This document shows, in pieces, positions 36,613 through 46,751 of a stretch of DNA of 64,000 bases (within the stretch, counting starts at the first letter, position 1; each line of letters starts with the position of its first letter). Source of the stretch: an uncultured Eubacterium sp. (GTDB taxonomy: Bacteria > Bacillota > Clostridia > Lachnospirales > Lachnospiraceae). The notes below the pieces were generated by a model. It made no database searches and was not told the origin of the DNA. It saw only the letters and a program-made list of their open reading frames with translations. The translations under genes and the position numbers were made by a program. Where the stretch lies: contig CAKRKO010000002.1 of the NCBI GenBank assembly GCA_934358495.1, forward strand, positions 6,634-70,633, in the 5' to 3' direction.

Positions 36613-38580
36613 TTAGAATACAATTACTTTTGTTCCGTTTGGAATATTGTCATGGATCCATTTTGCTTCACTTAAAGCAAGTCTTACACATCCATGAGAT
36701 AACTGCATACCAAGACGTCCGTCCTGAATACTTGTTTTACTTCCTTTGTTGTAAATAACTGAATGGAATAAATAATCTCCATAGAACTGTGTATAATACC
36801 AGCAATCATAGGTTGGCTTTCCAAAGGATAAGCCTCGACCTGTTACTTTAAATTCTCCTTTTACTGTCGGTGTAGAAGGTTTACCCGGACTACAGGAAAT
36901 ATATTTAACAGTTGACCAATTTCCCTGTGACCCTGCAAAAACAGCTACCTTGCAAGCAGATGTATCTGTAACAATTAACCAACTTGTGTCACTGGATGAA
37001 GTGGCTGCTCTGGCAGCGATCTGAGGACTTACCCCCTGCATCGTCACTCGACCATTTGATATATAGCAGTTTGATCCATTCCACTGCATACTACCATTGT
37101 ATCCAAAATCTACCTTACCTCCACGAATATACCAAGCTCCATTACTATTTACTGCAATACCATTATAGCCAAAATCTACTTTTCCGTTAGCGATTCGCCA
37201 CCAGCCAAGGTTGTTTTTTGCTACTCCTGTATAACTGAAATCTACTTTTCCTCCGCGGATGTACCACCAGCCAAGATTATTCTTCTCTACACTATTACAA
37301 TTAAAATCTACTTTTCCATTGACGATTCGCCACCAGCCAAGACTGTTCTTTGCTACTCCTGTATAACTGAAATCTACTTTTCCTCCGCGGATGTACCACC
37401 AGCCAAAATCATTCTTCTCTACACTATTGCAGCCAAAATCTACTTTACCTTTGACGATCCGCCACCAGCCAAGACTATTTTTTGCTACTCCTGTATAGGA
37501 AAAATCTACAGCTCCATTTGTGATTTTCCACCAGCCGTTAGAATTTTTCTCTACGCTATTGCAGGTAAAGTCTACTTTTCCGTTAGCAACACGCCACCAA
37601 CCATATGCATTTTTATCTACACCAGTATGACTATCATCTACTTTTCCGCCACGGACATACCACCAGCCATCTTCACTCTTTACGATATCATTACAGCTGA
37701 AATCTACTTTTCCGTTGACGATTCGCCAAGAACCATTTTCATTACTTTTTACACCAGTATAAGAAAAATCTACCTGACCATCTTTTACATACCACCAGCC
37801 GTTTGCATTTTTTGCGACATTGGTATAGGTACGGTCAATCAAGCCATTGTGATAGTAGTACCAATTGCCATCTTCCTGGTTTTTGATAATACCATTGACC
37901 ATGTCAGCTGTTACATTTACGGATGCTGATACCTTTTTTTCTGAATCCCATGCCGTGATCGTAGCGATACCATTTTTCATCGGTGTAATGGTACCTGTCT
38001 GTGCATCTACCGCAATAACGCCCGGATCAGAAGATTCCCAGATCAAATCCTGATTGGATGCATTTTCCGGTGAAACAACGGTATCCAATTCAAATGGTGT
38101 GGCATCTGTTACATGCACTTCTTTTACACCAAATGAGATAGATGACACCGGAACCCAGTCTACATCTTCTTTTACATCACTCACTGCCTCACATTTTTCA
38201 TCGGTACAATGTTTACTTTCCGTACCTTTTTGGTCTGGTGTGGCAGCTTTATCGATGGTGTATTTATCACTCCAGATATGTTTTTCTTCATCTGTATGTA
38301 CTGTAGCGGTATATTCCTGTCCCGTTTCTGTACAGGTATACTTTATCTTCTGATAAACAGAGTCTGTATCCTCACTTTTCACTACTTCATACTCTTTGAC
38401 ATCATCTATATGTCCATTGTGTCGAATCCACATTTCCTGCTGTTCCGCATCCGTTTTTTCTTCCTGCGTCCCTGTCACAGGTACAGTGGCAGAAGCGTCT
38501 TTTGCCAGCGCAGGCACAGAACACATACCCGTGAGCAGGGCAGCTGTTGCCAGCACCATGATTGCCTTGTTTAATTTCAT
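36613..38580 (-). CDS. Secreted L,D-transpeptidase (YkuD domain) with Big_2 domain and an internal cell-wall-binding repeat array
   Basis: ATG at 38580 after AAAGGTGGG. Signal peptide MKLNKAIMVLATAALLTGMCSVPALA, a Big_2-like segment (VVSPENASNQDLIWESSDPGVIAVDAQTGTITPMKNGIATITA), ~14 GWW repeats, and a C-terminal YkuD motif LSHGCVRL. Confidence 0.85.
   Translation of the reverse strand: MKLNKAIMVLATAALLTGMCSVPALAKDASATVPVTGTQEEKTDAEQQEMWIRHNGHIDDVKEYEVVKSEDTDSVYQKIKYTCTETGQEYTATVHTDEEKHIWSDKYTIDKAATPDQKGTESKHCTDEKCEAVSDVKEDVDWVPVSSISFGVKEVHVTDATPFELDTVVSPENASNQDLIWESSDPGVIAVDAQTGTITPMKNGIATITAWDSEKKVSASVNVTADMVNGIIKNQEDGNWYYYHNGLIDRTYTNVAKNANGWWYVKDGQVDFSYTGVKSNENGSWRIVNGKVDFSCNDIVKSEDGWWYVRGGKVDDSHTGVDKNAYGWWRVANGKVDFTCNSVEKNSNGWWKITNGAVDFSYTGVAKNSLGWWRIVKGKVDFGCNSVEKNDFGWWYIRGGKVDFSYTGVAKNSLGWWRIVNGKVDFNCNSVEKNNLGWWYIRGGKVDFSYTGVAKNNLGWWRIANGKVDFGYNGIAVNSNGAWYIRGGKVDFGYNGSMQWNGSNCYISNGRVTMQGVSPQIAARAATSSSDTSWLIVTDTSACKVAVFAGSQGNWSTVKYISCSPGKPSTPTVKGEFKVTGRGLSFGKPTYDCWYYTQFYGDYLFHSVIYNKGSKTSIQDGRLGMQLSHGCVRLALSEAKWIHDNIPNGTKVIVF
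37039..37869 (-). repeat. Coding array of cell-wall-binding repeats, also with a 132-bp higher-order period
   Basis: TCTACACTAT recurs at 37286 and 37418 (132-bp spacing). The units CNSVEKN(D/N)(F/L)[20 protein letters not shown](S/N)LGWWRI(V/A)NGKVDF closely resemble those in 33940..34690. Confidence 0.85.
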
Positions 38581-38687
38581 AAACCCACCTTTCTGCAAAA
38601 AATGTTTGTAACATTTACACTCATTCTTCACAATAAATAACTCTAAGTCTAAATCTTACTCTCTTTTTTATAAATGTCAACACTGGT

Positions 38688-39488
38688 TTAAAAGCTCTGT
38701 CCATACTTTCTATTTTTAAATTTTGCCGCAAGGAAATATCTGATTTTCTTTGGCCAGTTTTCTTTTCCGATCTGAACCCAGGGCAGTTCCTTATATACAA
38801 TATGATTATGCTCCAACCACACATCCAGTAATAATTCACTAATTCGTCCCATAAACCGGGCCTCATACGGCGTCATTTTGCTAGTATCAATTTTCTTTTC
38901 CACTTGCTGCAAAACAGGGAACAGCCATTCACAATACGCATGATACAGTTCTTTTTTCATAATAAACATATTAAACATATGACCGCTTTTACGCTGAAGC
39001 ATTCTCGTAAAAGTCTCTGCATATGCCGGATAAAGTGTCTGAATGATCTCCTCTGTGATATCCAGATGTCTGTGATCATGTGTATGTTCATAATGCTTAT
39101 ACAATGTCTCTATATAATAATTTCTTTTTTTCGGAACGATCACATCATAATGTTCCAAAATGTGATCCGCTTTTTTCCAGGTTAAAACAGATTCTTTTTT
39201 ATCCTTAAACCAAACAGGAAGACTTCTGTTCCTGTTTGACAGATAACGTCTATAATGTACCAAGCCTATATAATCTGCATCAAGATTCTTCCACGCCCAA
39301 TAAATACCTGTCAATTCACAATAGTTTGCATTTTTCTCAGATATATTTTCACCGGTGTCGTCACCCTGATATCCAATATCTTCCTTTGCGATCGCATGAC
39401 CTACATGTATCGGCAGATACATTTCATCCGACGGCATCCAATATTTCTTATGCGCAGCAACTATTATTTTTATATTCTTCTTACTCAT
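38688..39488 (-). CDS. DUF4422-family glycosyltransferase
   Basis: 266 aa. KIIVAAHKKYWMPSDEMYLPIHVG ... NANYCELTGIYWAWKN ... GLVHYRRY is the DUF4422 signature as I remember it. Last gene of the long operon. Confidence 0.75.
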   Translation of the reverse strand: MSKKNIKIIVAAHKKYWMPSDEMYLPIHVGHAIAKEDIGYQGDDTGENISEKNANYCELTGIYWAWKNLDADYIGLVHYRRYLSNRNRSLPVWFKDKKESVLTWKKADHILEHYDVIVPKKRNYYIETLYKHYEHTHDHRHLDITEEIIQTLYPAYAETFTRMLQRKSGHMFNMFIMKKELYHAYCEWLFPVLQQVEKKIDTSKMTPYEARFMGRISELLLDVWLEHNHIVYKELPWVQIGKENWPKKIRYFLAAKFKNRKYGQSF

Positions 39489-40540
39489 AATCCTAATATA
39501 TCCTCTGCTGTCCGTATCGCCTTTCTGCCAAACTGTCCTGTCCTTAATTTTTCTGAAAGCACTCGTGTAGCTTCAGCATATCCATTATACGCATTCTCGT
39601 CCAACATTTCAAATATTGTCGATAATTCCTTAAGGGAATCCACACAGATGCCAACTCCCTGTGCCTTTACAAAAGTTGCTTCAGCAGCTTCTTTCCAGAT
39701 AATTACCGGCAGACCGCTTGATAAATATAACGATAATTTGTGTGGATTATTATAGCGTAAATATTGTCCGGACTGTCCGATGCATCCATCAATACCGGCT
39801 CCATCCCATACCAAGCCAAAACCACCAGTCAATTTTCCAGGGATCTCATCTGTTGGAAAACTTCCGTAATACCGTACATTTTCACATTGATCCATTTTTT
39901 TATCATAATTCATTCCAAACAGTTTCACCTGTACACTTGACAATTGACCAAGCTGACCAACATATCCACATTTTTCAGTATCAAGGTTTCCAGCTACCGT
40001 AATGGATCTTTCAAACTGTGGTTTTCTATCCACACTTCCACTTTGCAGATAATCAAAAATTCCAAGTGTCACAATTTTCTCTTCCGGAACACCACACTCT
40101 ATAAAAAACTGCTTCATCACCGCATTATGTACGATCCATACATCTGCAATGCGCAGCATAAAATCAAATTCACCCTTATAATAATCGTTATACCGAAAAG
40201 CTCTCAATTCCTCTACATCATGAATCAGGCTGACGAATTTCACATGTTTTTTTTCTTTCAGTTCCATCAGTATTTTTTCTCTGGTTAACTGAGGATAATG
40301 AAACGGATGCTGTAATAAAATAACAGCATTCTCCTCTACCTTTTTCAGACATTCTGCCCAGTCTTTCCGATATCCAATCTGCCGCTGTACTTTTGCAAGC
40401 TTTGTCTTTTTTGTTGTATTCATGTGAATCATGACCCGCTCATACCCAAGCTGATCTGCAATCTCTGTAATATCCTGAGTTGCCTTTGTTCCCGCATGAT
40501 TATGATTTTCAGAAATTTCTACAATTTGATATTTCTTCAT
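39485..40540 (-). CDS. Putative GT-B glycosyltransferase (WbbI/galactofuranosyltransferase-like)
   Basis: 351 aa. The C-terminal block GGFGLVWDG...YLRYNNPHKLSLYLSSGLPVIIW is the block I associate with Gram-positive EPS sugar transferases of this family. 4-nt overlaps on both sides. Confidence 0.5.
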   Translation of the reverse strand: MKKYQIVEISENHNHAGTKATQDITEIADQLGYERVMIHMNTTKKTKLAKVQRQIGYRKDWAECLKKVEENAVILLQHPFHYPQLTREKILMELKEKKHVKFVSLIHDVEELRAFRYNDYYKGEFDFMLRIADVWIVHNAVMKQFFIECGVPEEKIVTLGIFDYLQSGSVDRKPQFERSITVAGNLDTEKCGYVGQLGQLSSVQVKLFGMNYDKKMDQCENVRYYGSFPTDEIPGKLTGGFGLVWDGAGIDGCIGQSGQYLRYNNPHKLSLYLSSGLPVIIWKEAAEATFVKAQGVGICVDSLKELSTIFEMLDENAYNGYAEATRVLSEKLRTGQFGRKAIRTAEDILGL

Positions 40541-41658
40541 TTTACTTCCTTTAAAAACAACTTCTCTAATTTTACTGTTTCCGTCTCTATATTATATCCC
40601 TTTTCCGTAAAATTCTGTTTTACTTCTGAAATATCAAGACGTTTCATCGTCTGTCGAATATGGTTCAGGTGCTCACTCCATACGACTGCCCCCTCATCCA
40701 GATTCACAAATTCAAAGTTCGAATTAATTTTTACTTCCTGCGGTATTACTTTTGCAGAAGCCACCATTGGCACGCCATTCGCCTGTGCTTCCAACGCTGC
40801 TATCGGCAGTCCCTCAAATTTGGATGGAAACAAAAAAGTATCAAAAGCACTCAACCATCCACGGATATCCGTCTGCGTTCCCGCAAAGTGCACTTTTTTG
40901 CTGATTCCATACCGCCTGGTCAGCTCCTTCAGCTCCGCTTCATCCTCGCCCTGTCCGATCAGAACCAGACAGGCATTCGAATCTTTTTTCAAAAACTGCT
41001 GTAAAATCTCCAGACAGAACTTCTGATTTTTCTGAAAATGCAGTCTGCCGACATTGCCGATCACCCATGTATCGTCATTACACTGCAGCTGTTTCCGATA
41101 TTTTTTACGCTTTTCCTCATCAAAAGCCATACGTTCCACTGAGATAGAATTTCGAATCATCACAACTTTCGGAAGCAGACGTTTTTCATAAAACCATTTT
41201 GCAGCATCCTCAGAGCATGTCCAGAAATCCGTTGCAAATTTATCAATGCGTTTTCTATTTCTTTTGTGCAGTATGCCACGGAGTTTACTGTCCATATTCT
41301 GTGAATTATGGCTGTGAATGATTCTCCGCGGTATGCCGTATTTTTTTGCCATGATCAGATAATCAATATTGGCCAAACTACAGACATTTACCCAGATTGC
41401 ATCATAAACGCTCTGTGAAGTTTCAAAAAATGCTTCCAATTCTTTTTTATATTTTCCATAATTCTCACTGCGGGCTGTAATATGAAAAACGTTACCGCCC
41501 ATGGCGGTCAGTTCGTCCTCATACGCTGCATCTTCATGAAAATTACAAAGAAAGTCAAATTGTATTTTTGTTTTATCAATACACCGATAATAGTTCATGA
41601 TCACACTTTCCACACCACCGGGATTTTCTGTCATTCCAAATACAAGAACTCTGTACAT
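40537..41658 (-). CDS. Glycosyltransferase family 4 (GT-B, group 1)
   Basis: 373 aa. LFPSKFEGLPIAALEAQANGVPMVAS (E-x7-E motif). Confidence 0.85.
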   Translation of the reverse strand: MYRVLVFGMTENPGGVESVIMNYYRCIDKTKIQFDFLCNFHEDAAYEDELTAMGGNVFHITARSENYGKYKKELEAFFETSQSVYDAIWVNVCSLANIDYLIMAKKYGIPRRIIHSHNSQNMDSKLRGILHKRNRKRIDKFATDFWTCSEDAAKWFYEKRLLPKVVMIRNSISVERMAFDEEKRKKYRKQLQCNDDTWVIGNVGRLHFQKNQKFCLEILQQFLKKDSNACLVLIGQGEDEAELKELTRRYGISKKVHFAGTQTDIRGWLSAFDTFLFPSKFEGLPIAALEAQANGVPMVASAKVIPQEVKINSNFEFVNLDEGAVVWSEHLNHIRQTMKRLDISEVKQNFTEKGYNIETETVKLEKLFLKEVK

Positions 41659-41803
41659 TTTCTTTTACTCCTAAAATAATCTGTCTGCATTTCCTATTTT
41701 TATCATTATGATAGATTTGACCATTTTTATACAAGTATATTATATACTCAAACCATCTTTTTCTGTACCTTTTTATTTTTAATTTTTTATTAAGTCACTG
41801 TAA

Positions 41804-43318
41804 CTATTTTGTATCACTTTTGCTGATATACTTTTTCGCATCTTTAAAAAAGCTCCATATCATCAGAATCATGATGATTCCAATCGGAAAGGCCGAAATA
41901 ATACTGATCGACTGAATATTTCCCATAGAACTTTCTGAAAAAACAAGTGCGATCGGTAACACAATCAACAGAACACACCATAATAATGTAATTAATGTGT
42001 GTGGATGTTCATTTTCTCCAAGTTCTTTATAGCTATAGCATGCTGCGGTATACGCTATAGAATCAAAGGATGTTGCATAGAATGCAATCATACATACAAA
42101 AGTGAGGATCAGAATAAAAGGTGCACAAGGCATTGTCTGTATAATATTAAGGATCAAATCATACAAATCTCCGTTTGCCTTAAACTGAGCAATAAAATCT
42201 ACTCTTCCTGCTACCTGCAATCCCAGAGAATAATTACCCAACACGATAAAGCTTACAATTGTTGAGCCAACACCAAAAACGTATCCTCCAAGTATTGTCT
42301 GTTTTATCGTTCTTCCCTTTGAAATATTGCCAATAAAAAACGGAGCAGCAACACACCATACCATCCAGTATGCCCAATAATAAATGGTCCAGTCCTGTGG
42401 AAAATGATTTGCCCTGACAGGGTCTGTGTAGGTCGCTAATCCAATGAAGTTCTGTACCATTTTTCCAAGAGACTGAATTCCGTTTTCAATAATGAAACGT
42501 CCCTGACCACCAAACACAAGCACAACAACCAATAATCCAAAAAACAGATAAATACATAATTTTGCCAGAAAGCTGATTCCTTTAAAGCCATGTAACACTG
42601 CATAAGTATAGACAGCACATGTAATCAGCAAAATGATAATCGTCACGACCGTTCGGCTGACATGAATATGAAATAACCGCATTGCAATTCCTGCCAGCAG
42701 CGGAGTTGCAACGCTGAATGTTGTCGCTGTTCCTGCCAGCAAGGCAAACAGCGCAAACATATCTATTACACGTCCCAGCAGACCATCCGCATGTTTTCCG
42801 ATAACCGGGCGGCATGCCTCTGAATATCTCTGACGCTTTCGCTTTCTTACATGAAGCATAAAACCAAATGCAACCGCAAGCACCAGATAAAACGCCCATG
42901 GAATGAAACTCCAGTGGAACAAAGGAAATACCCCTGCCCATTCATGCACTGGTCCAAGGTCCGCTATATGCGGATTTGTTGCATACATGATCCATTCAGC
43001 AAAGGAATAAAATAATATATCCGCTGCCAGTCCACAGGTGAACATCATACTTCCCCATACAAAAAATGAATATTTCGGTTTTTCATCAGGTTCGCCCAGT
43101 ACGATATTTCCATACTTTGAAAATGCCAGGTAAACAGATATCAATAAAACGCCTAAGCCAATGATCAAATAATAGCTGCCCAGTGTATCTCCAAGAAAAA
43201 ATCTTATCTGATGTATTACATCATTGGATTCTCTCGGCCATATAAACAAAATCACTGCAATACCAACAATTATAATAAATGGCACTAACGTGACCATCCA
43301 GTCTATTTTCTTCTTCAT
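41804..43318 (-). CDS. BCCT-family transporter (choline/betaine type)
   Basis: ~504 aa. BCCT tryptophan box WTIYYWAYWMVWCVAAPFFIGNISKGRTIKQ. ATG at 43318 after GGGGAGGAG; the track start is a GTG at 43342. Directly downstream of licC. Confidence 0.85.
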   Translation of the reverse strand: MKKKIDWMVTLVPFIIIVGIAVILFIWPRESNDVIHQIRFFLGDTLGSYYLIIGLGVLLISVYLAFSKYGNIVLGEPDEKPKYSFFVWGSMMFTCGLAADILFYSFAEWIMYATNPHIADLGPVHEWAGVFPLFHWSFIPWAFYLVLAVAFGFMLHVRKRKRQRYSEACRPVIGKHADGLLGRVIDMFALFALLAGTATTFSVATPLLAGIAMRLFHIHVSRTVVTIIILLITCAVYTYAVLHGFKGISFLAKLCIYLFFGLLVVVLVFGGQGRFIIENGIQSLGKMVQNFIGLATYTDPVRANHFPQDWTIYYWAYWMVWCVAAPFFIGNISKGRTIKQTILGGYVFGVGSTIVSFIVLGNYSLGLQVAGRVDFIAQFKANGDLYDLILNIIQTMPCAPFILILTFVCMIAFYATSFDSIAYTAACYSYKELGENEHPHTLITLLWCVLLIVLPIALVFSESSMGNIQSISIISAFPIGIIMILMIWSFFKDAKKYISKSDTK

Positions 43319-43338
43319 TTCTCCTCCCCTGCATTTTA

Positions 43339-44046
43339 TCACATATCTTTATATGATCCATCTAATGCTATCAGTTCCTCCAGATTATCGACTTCAATTA
43401 CATCATCTGCGTTCATCGGACGAATACCCAGTTCATACTCGTCTGCATGGCAAAACATTGCAACATCATCCCAGTAAATCTGTCGATTATGTTTCTCATT
43501 AAACTCCAGTTCCAGATGATGTTTCAGACGCTTTCCATCTGCCTCGTTCCATCTTGATACAGAATACAGCTGCCATCCGCCTTTTCCACCGGTTCTGCTA
43601 CATGAAGTAACAATCCCGTTTTCTACCGTCATCAGCCATTCCCCTGTCTCGTCATCTGTCCAAACTGCATTGTATCCGGATCTATCAAATTCCGGGGCCA
43701 GAATTTTCTCATTGTAAATGATCTGGTCTCCATCCAATATAATGGCATTTTCTATATAATCTCTTGCCACATATAATGATGAAATATTATTGCAGGTGTC
43801 ATAAAATGGATTTTCAATGAGCTTCACATTTTCATATTCTTTGGGCAATATCTCAAATTGATCTTTCAGATATCCAACTACAATATAAATTTCAGATATT
43901 CCATTTTTATGCAGCGCTTCAATTACACTGTCAATCATTCTCTTTCCATTTACTTTTACCAATGGCTTTGGTGTATGCAGCGTTACCGGTCTCATTCGGG
44001 TTCCTTTTCCCGCAGCCATAATGATTGCTCTTTCTACTTTATACAT
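43339..44046 (-). CDS. licC: Choline-phosphate cytidylyltransferase (LicC-like)
   Basis: 235 aa. The G-loop AIIMAAGKGTRMRPVTLHTPKPLVKVNG. Size and layout are collinear with pneumococcal LicC as remembered (…IVVGYLKDQF…, YWDDV…). Confidence 0.8.
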   Translation of the reverse strand: MYKVERAIIMAAGKGTRMRPVTLHTPKPLVKVNGKRMIDSVIEALHKNGISEIYIVVGYLKDQFEILPKEYENVKLIENPFYDTCNNISSLYVARDYIENAIILDGDQIIYNEKILAPEFDRSGYNAVWTDDETGEWLMTVENGIVTSCSRTGGKGGWQLYSVSRWNEADGKRLKHHLELEFNEKHNRQIYWDDVAMFCHADEYELGIRPMNADDVIEVDNLEELIALDGSYKDM

Positions 44047-45697
44047 GTTCCTGTATCTCCACTTTTCTTCTCTCAGTCTCTACAATCGCATAATACTCTT
44101 TTGCATATCTGTATTGCCGTAGCGAATATTCTCCAAATTCAACACCAAGACTTCGCTTATATTCGCACCAGTTGCTCCACAATAAACCACATATCGCTAT
44201 ATATGCATAAATTTTTATACGGATGTTTTCTGCACACCCCTCTGTAAAATAAGCATCGATCGTCTGATCAATATGTGTTCTGTTATACATAGCATAAATG
44301 CAAAACATCGCAATATCCACATGCGGATCCTGCATTGCTGCATATTCCCAGTCAATCAGCTTGATGTCAGTTTCTTTCGGATTTTTCTCCCAAAACAGAA
44401 AATTATCCGGAACAGCGTCAATATGTGTCAGTACTTTCTGCCCACAATACTGTTCCACATACGATTTCAGCGAAAATACTTTCCTTTTCGTCTCCGCATA
44501 ATCTTTAAAAGTGGAAGGGCTTCCCTCCCATAATTGCTCATAAAATTGAATATGTTCAAACAAATCAAATTCGTGATTGACCTTCAGCTTTAATTCATGA
44601 AACTCGCGCAACTTTTTCATACATTTCTTCACATCTTCCATCTGCTCTGCATCGCAGTTTCTGACAGAGTTCATATATTCTGTAATTTTATATCCGTTCT
44701 CCGGATTCATATAAATTACCCGGTCACATATATGATAATCTGCTATCTTCTGATAAACTTCTGCTTCCTCACGTCTGTTGATCAGTTTATCTGTCCCCTC
44801 ACCGGGGATTCGCATAATATACTTTTTCTCTTTGCATTCAAATAAAAATGACCGGTTGGTCATTCCCTTTTTCAGAACCGTAATATTCTTTATATCCTTT
44901 TGCGACACCTGGAACACTTCTTCAATAATCTGAATCGCATCTGTTTTTAACTGATCACAACCGCTGTCCAACTCCCGTAACTGTTCAAATGTATTAATTT
45001 CTACTACATCTGCTTCATCTACTACTCTGGCCGGCACGATCATTTTTCTTTTTTCATACAGCGTTTCTTCCCAGAATGCACTCGTATAACAGGATGTACT
45101 GCACATTTCTTTTATCCGTTGTTTTACCAGCTGAGCTTCCTTTCCTGTCAGATAAGAAATACCAATCATACCATTTCCGGCATCTGTCTCTGATATCAGA
45201 TTCAGTTCCATATTTGAGTTTACTAAGACACAGCTGTCTGGTTTTAAAGAATTATTTACCATGTACCAGGAGTATAATTCCTGTTTTCGGAACAGATTAT
45301 GTTCACACCAGATATCACATGGAACAATATACGTATTTGAAATATATTTTTCTGCACATTTCAGTGAATACAGGTTATTTTTCGTTGTATATTCCGGATT
45401 TACGATCAACTCCACCCGATATTCATCAATCAGATATTCATATCTTTCTTTCATAAATCCAACTACGATATATATATCGTATATTTCCGCTTCATGAAGC
45501 TGCCGGATCAACCTTTCGATTAGTGGTTCCCCGTGAATCTCCAGAAGTCCTTTGCTCACTTCTGTATTGATTGGAACCATCCGCATACCATATCCGGCGG
45601 CCAGAATAATTGCATTTTTTGGTGATGCCGCATGAATCTGCGCTTTCGCTTTACCATTCCTTTGCATATTTACATCCACATAGTAGTTCTCTTCCAT
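44039..45697 (-). CDS. licA: Bifunctional NTP-transferase / choline kinase (LicC-like N-domain fused to LicA-like kinase)
   Basis: N-domain AIILAAGYGMRMVPINTEVSKGLLEIHG. C-domain kinase motifs LTHIDAVPDNFLF (HxDxxxxN) and LIDWEYAAMQDP. ATG at 45697 follows GAGGA; the track start at 45766 overlaps the upstream GT2. Confidence 0.8.
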   Translation of the reverse strand: MEENYYVDVNMQRNGKAKAQIHAASPKNAIILAAGYGMRMVPINTEVSKGLLEIHGEPLIERLIRQLHEAEIYDIYIVVGFMKERYEYLIDEYRVELIVNPEYTTKNNLYSLKCAEKYISNTYIVPCDIWCEHNLFRKQELYSWYMVNNSLKPDSCVLVNSNMELNLISETDAGNGMIGISYLTGKEAQLVKQRIKEMCSTSCYTSAFWEETLYEKRKMIVPARVVDEADVVEINTFEQLRELDSGCDQLKTDAIQIIEEVFQVSQKDIKNITVLKKGMTNRSFLFECKEKKYIMRIPGEGTDKLINRREEAEVYQKIADYHICDRVIYMNPENGYKITEYMNSVRNCDAEQMEDVKKCMKKLREFHELKLKVNHEFDLFEHIQFYEQLWEGSPSTFKDYAETKRKVFSLKSYVEQYCGQKVLTHIDAVPDNFLFWEKNPKETDIKLIDWEYAAMQDPHVDIAMFCIYAMYNRTHIDQTIDAYFTEGCAENIRIKIYAYIAICGLLWSNWCEYKRSLGVEFGEYSLRQYRYAKEYYAIVETERRKVEIQEHV

Positions 45698-45701
45698 CAA
45701 C

Positions 45702-46751
45702 CTAATCCTCTGTCCGCATTTCTTTTTTTTCATTCTGCTTTGCACGCAGTTCATACACTTTTCCACACAAATAATATTGCTGAAATTTTAAAAGCAATAT
45801 TGGCATCATACGCGCAGATCTGCAGGAAGCTACCGGTACAGCCTGCAATGCTTTCTGAAATATTTCCTCCCGCAGAAGCTTCTTCAATGCCTTCACCTTT
45901 TCTGAAAAAGCCACTCTGTTTCCCGCGGAAAATACTTCTCTGACCATCATTATATTCAGATGCATTAAAATATACACCTGATAAGCCTGATATAACTGTT
46001 GGTCATTCTCTGGTATCGCATTCTGTGTTGTCTGCAGAGATAACAGGTATCCTTCCGTCTTCTTCCCGTCATATGTCCGCATTGCAGAACCTGCATCCGT
46101 AGAATAATGATAACAGGATTCCTGTGAAAAAATGATCCTGCCACATTTCATTATATACCGAATCAGGAAATCACTGTCTTCAGCCAGGCTTAATTTTTTA
46201 TTAAAATCTAATGAAGATTGCTGAATAATACTATGCCGGAACAATTTACCCCAGACAGCCATGCAGCGTGTCGGGTTCCTGAGCATTCCTGCAAGGCATT
46301 CCCGTACCCCGGTTCCTTCATAACCGTCTGCATTTTCTCCAGTTGCAACATTTACGATCGCATTTCCTTTTTCATAACTGAAAATATACATATCTGCCGC
46401 TTTTCCGCTATTTACCGTATCCAATAATTTCTGCAAAGTTCCTGCTGGAAGATAGTCATCTGCATCCAGGAAAAAAATCCATTCTCCATGTGCAGCTTTT
46501 ACTCCAGCATTTCTTGCATTCGAAACACCTTTTTCAGAACAGATCAGAAAAACATTCTCATACTTTTCAGCCAAAGCTGTTCCAATCTGTTTTGTATGAT
46601 CGGAAGAACCATTCTCTATAATTATGACTTCAGCCAGGTTGTAATCTTTTGGCTGCTTTTCCTCTTTTACTACACTTTCCACACATCTTTTCAGAAACTT
46701 TTCTGAATTATGTGCCGGTATAATAAAAGAAATCACAATGTTATTCTCCAT
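45702..46751 (-). CDS. Glycosyltransferase family 2
   Basis: ISFIIPAHNSEKFLKRCVESV, IIIENGSSD, FLDADDY (DxD). The ATG at 46751 overlaps the stop of the flippase gene. Confidence 0.85.
   Translation of the reverse strand: MENNIVISFIIPAHNSEKFLKRCVESVVKEEKQPKDYNLAEVIIIENGSSDHTKQIGTALAEKYENVFLICSEKGVSNARNAGVKAAHGEWIFFLDADDYLPAGTLQKLLDTVNSGKAADMYIFSYEKGNAIVNVATGENADGYEGTGVRECLAGMLRNPTRCMAVWGKLFRHSIIQQSSLDFNKKLSLAEDSDFLIRYIMKCGRIIFSQESCYHYSTDAGSAMRTYDGKKTEGYLLSLQTTQNAIPENDQQLYQAYQVYILMHLNIMMVREVFSAGNRVAFSEKVKALKKLLREEIFQKALQAVPVASCRSARMMPILLLKFQQYYLCGKVYELRAKQNEKKEMRTED

Noticed and set aside
27484-38000. Regularly spaced ~60-66-bp repeats that could superficially resemble a CRISPR array.
   Set aside because: - The repeats are contiguous with no unique spacers, are in-frame, and encode the GWW cell-wall-binding module inside long ORFs.
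- There are no cas genes.
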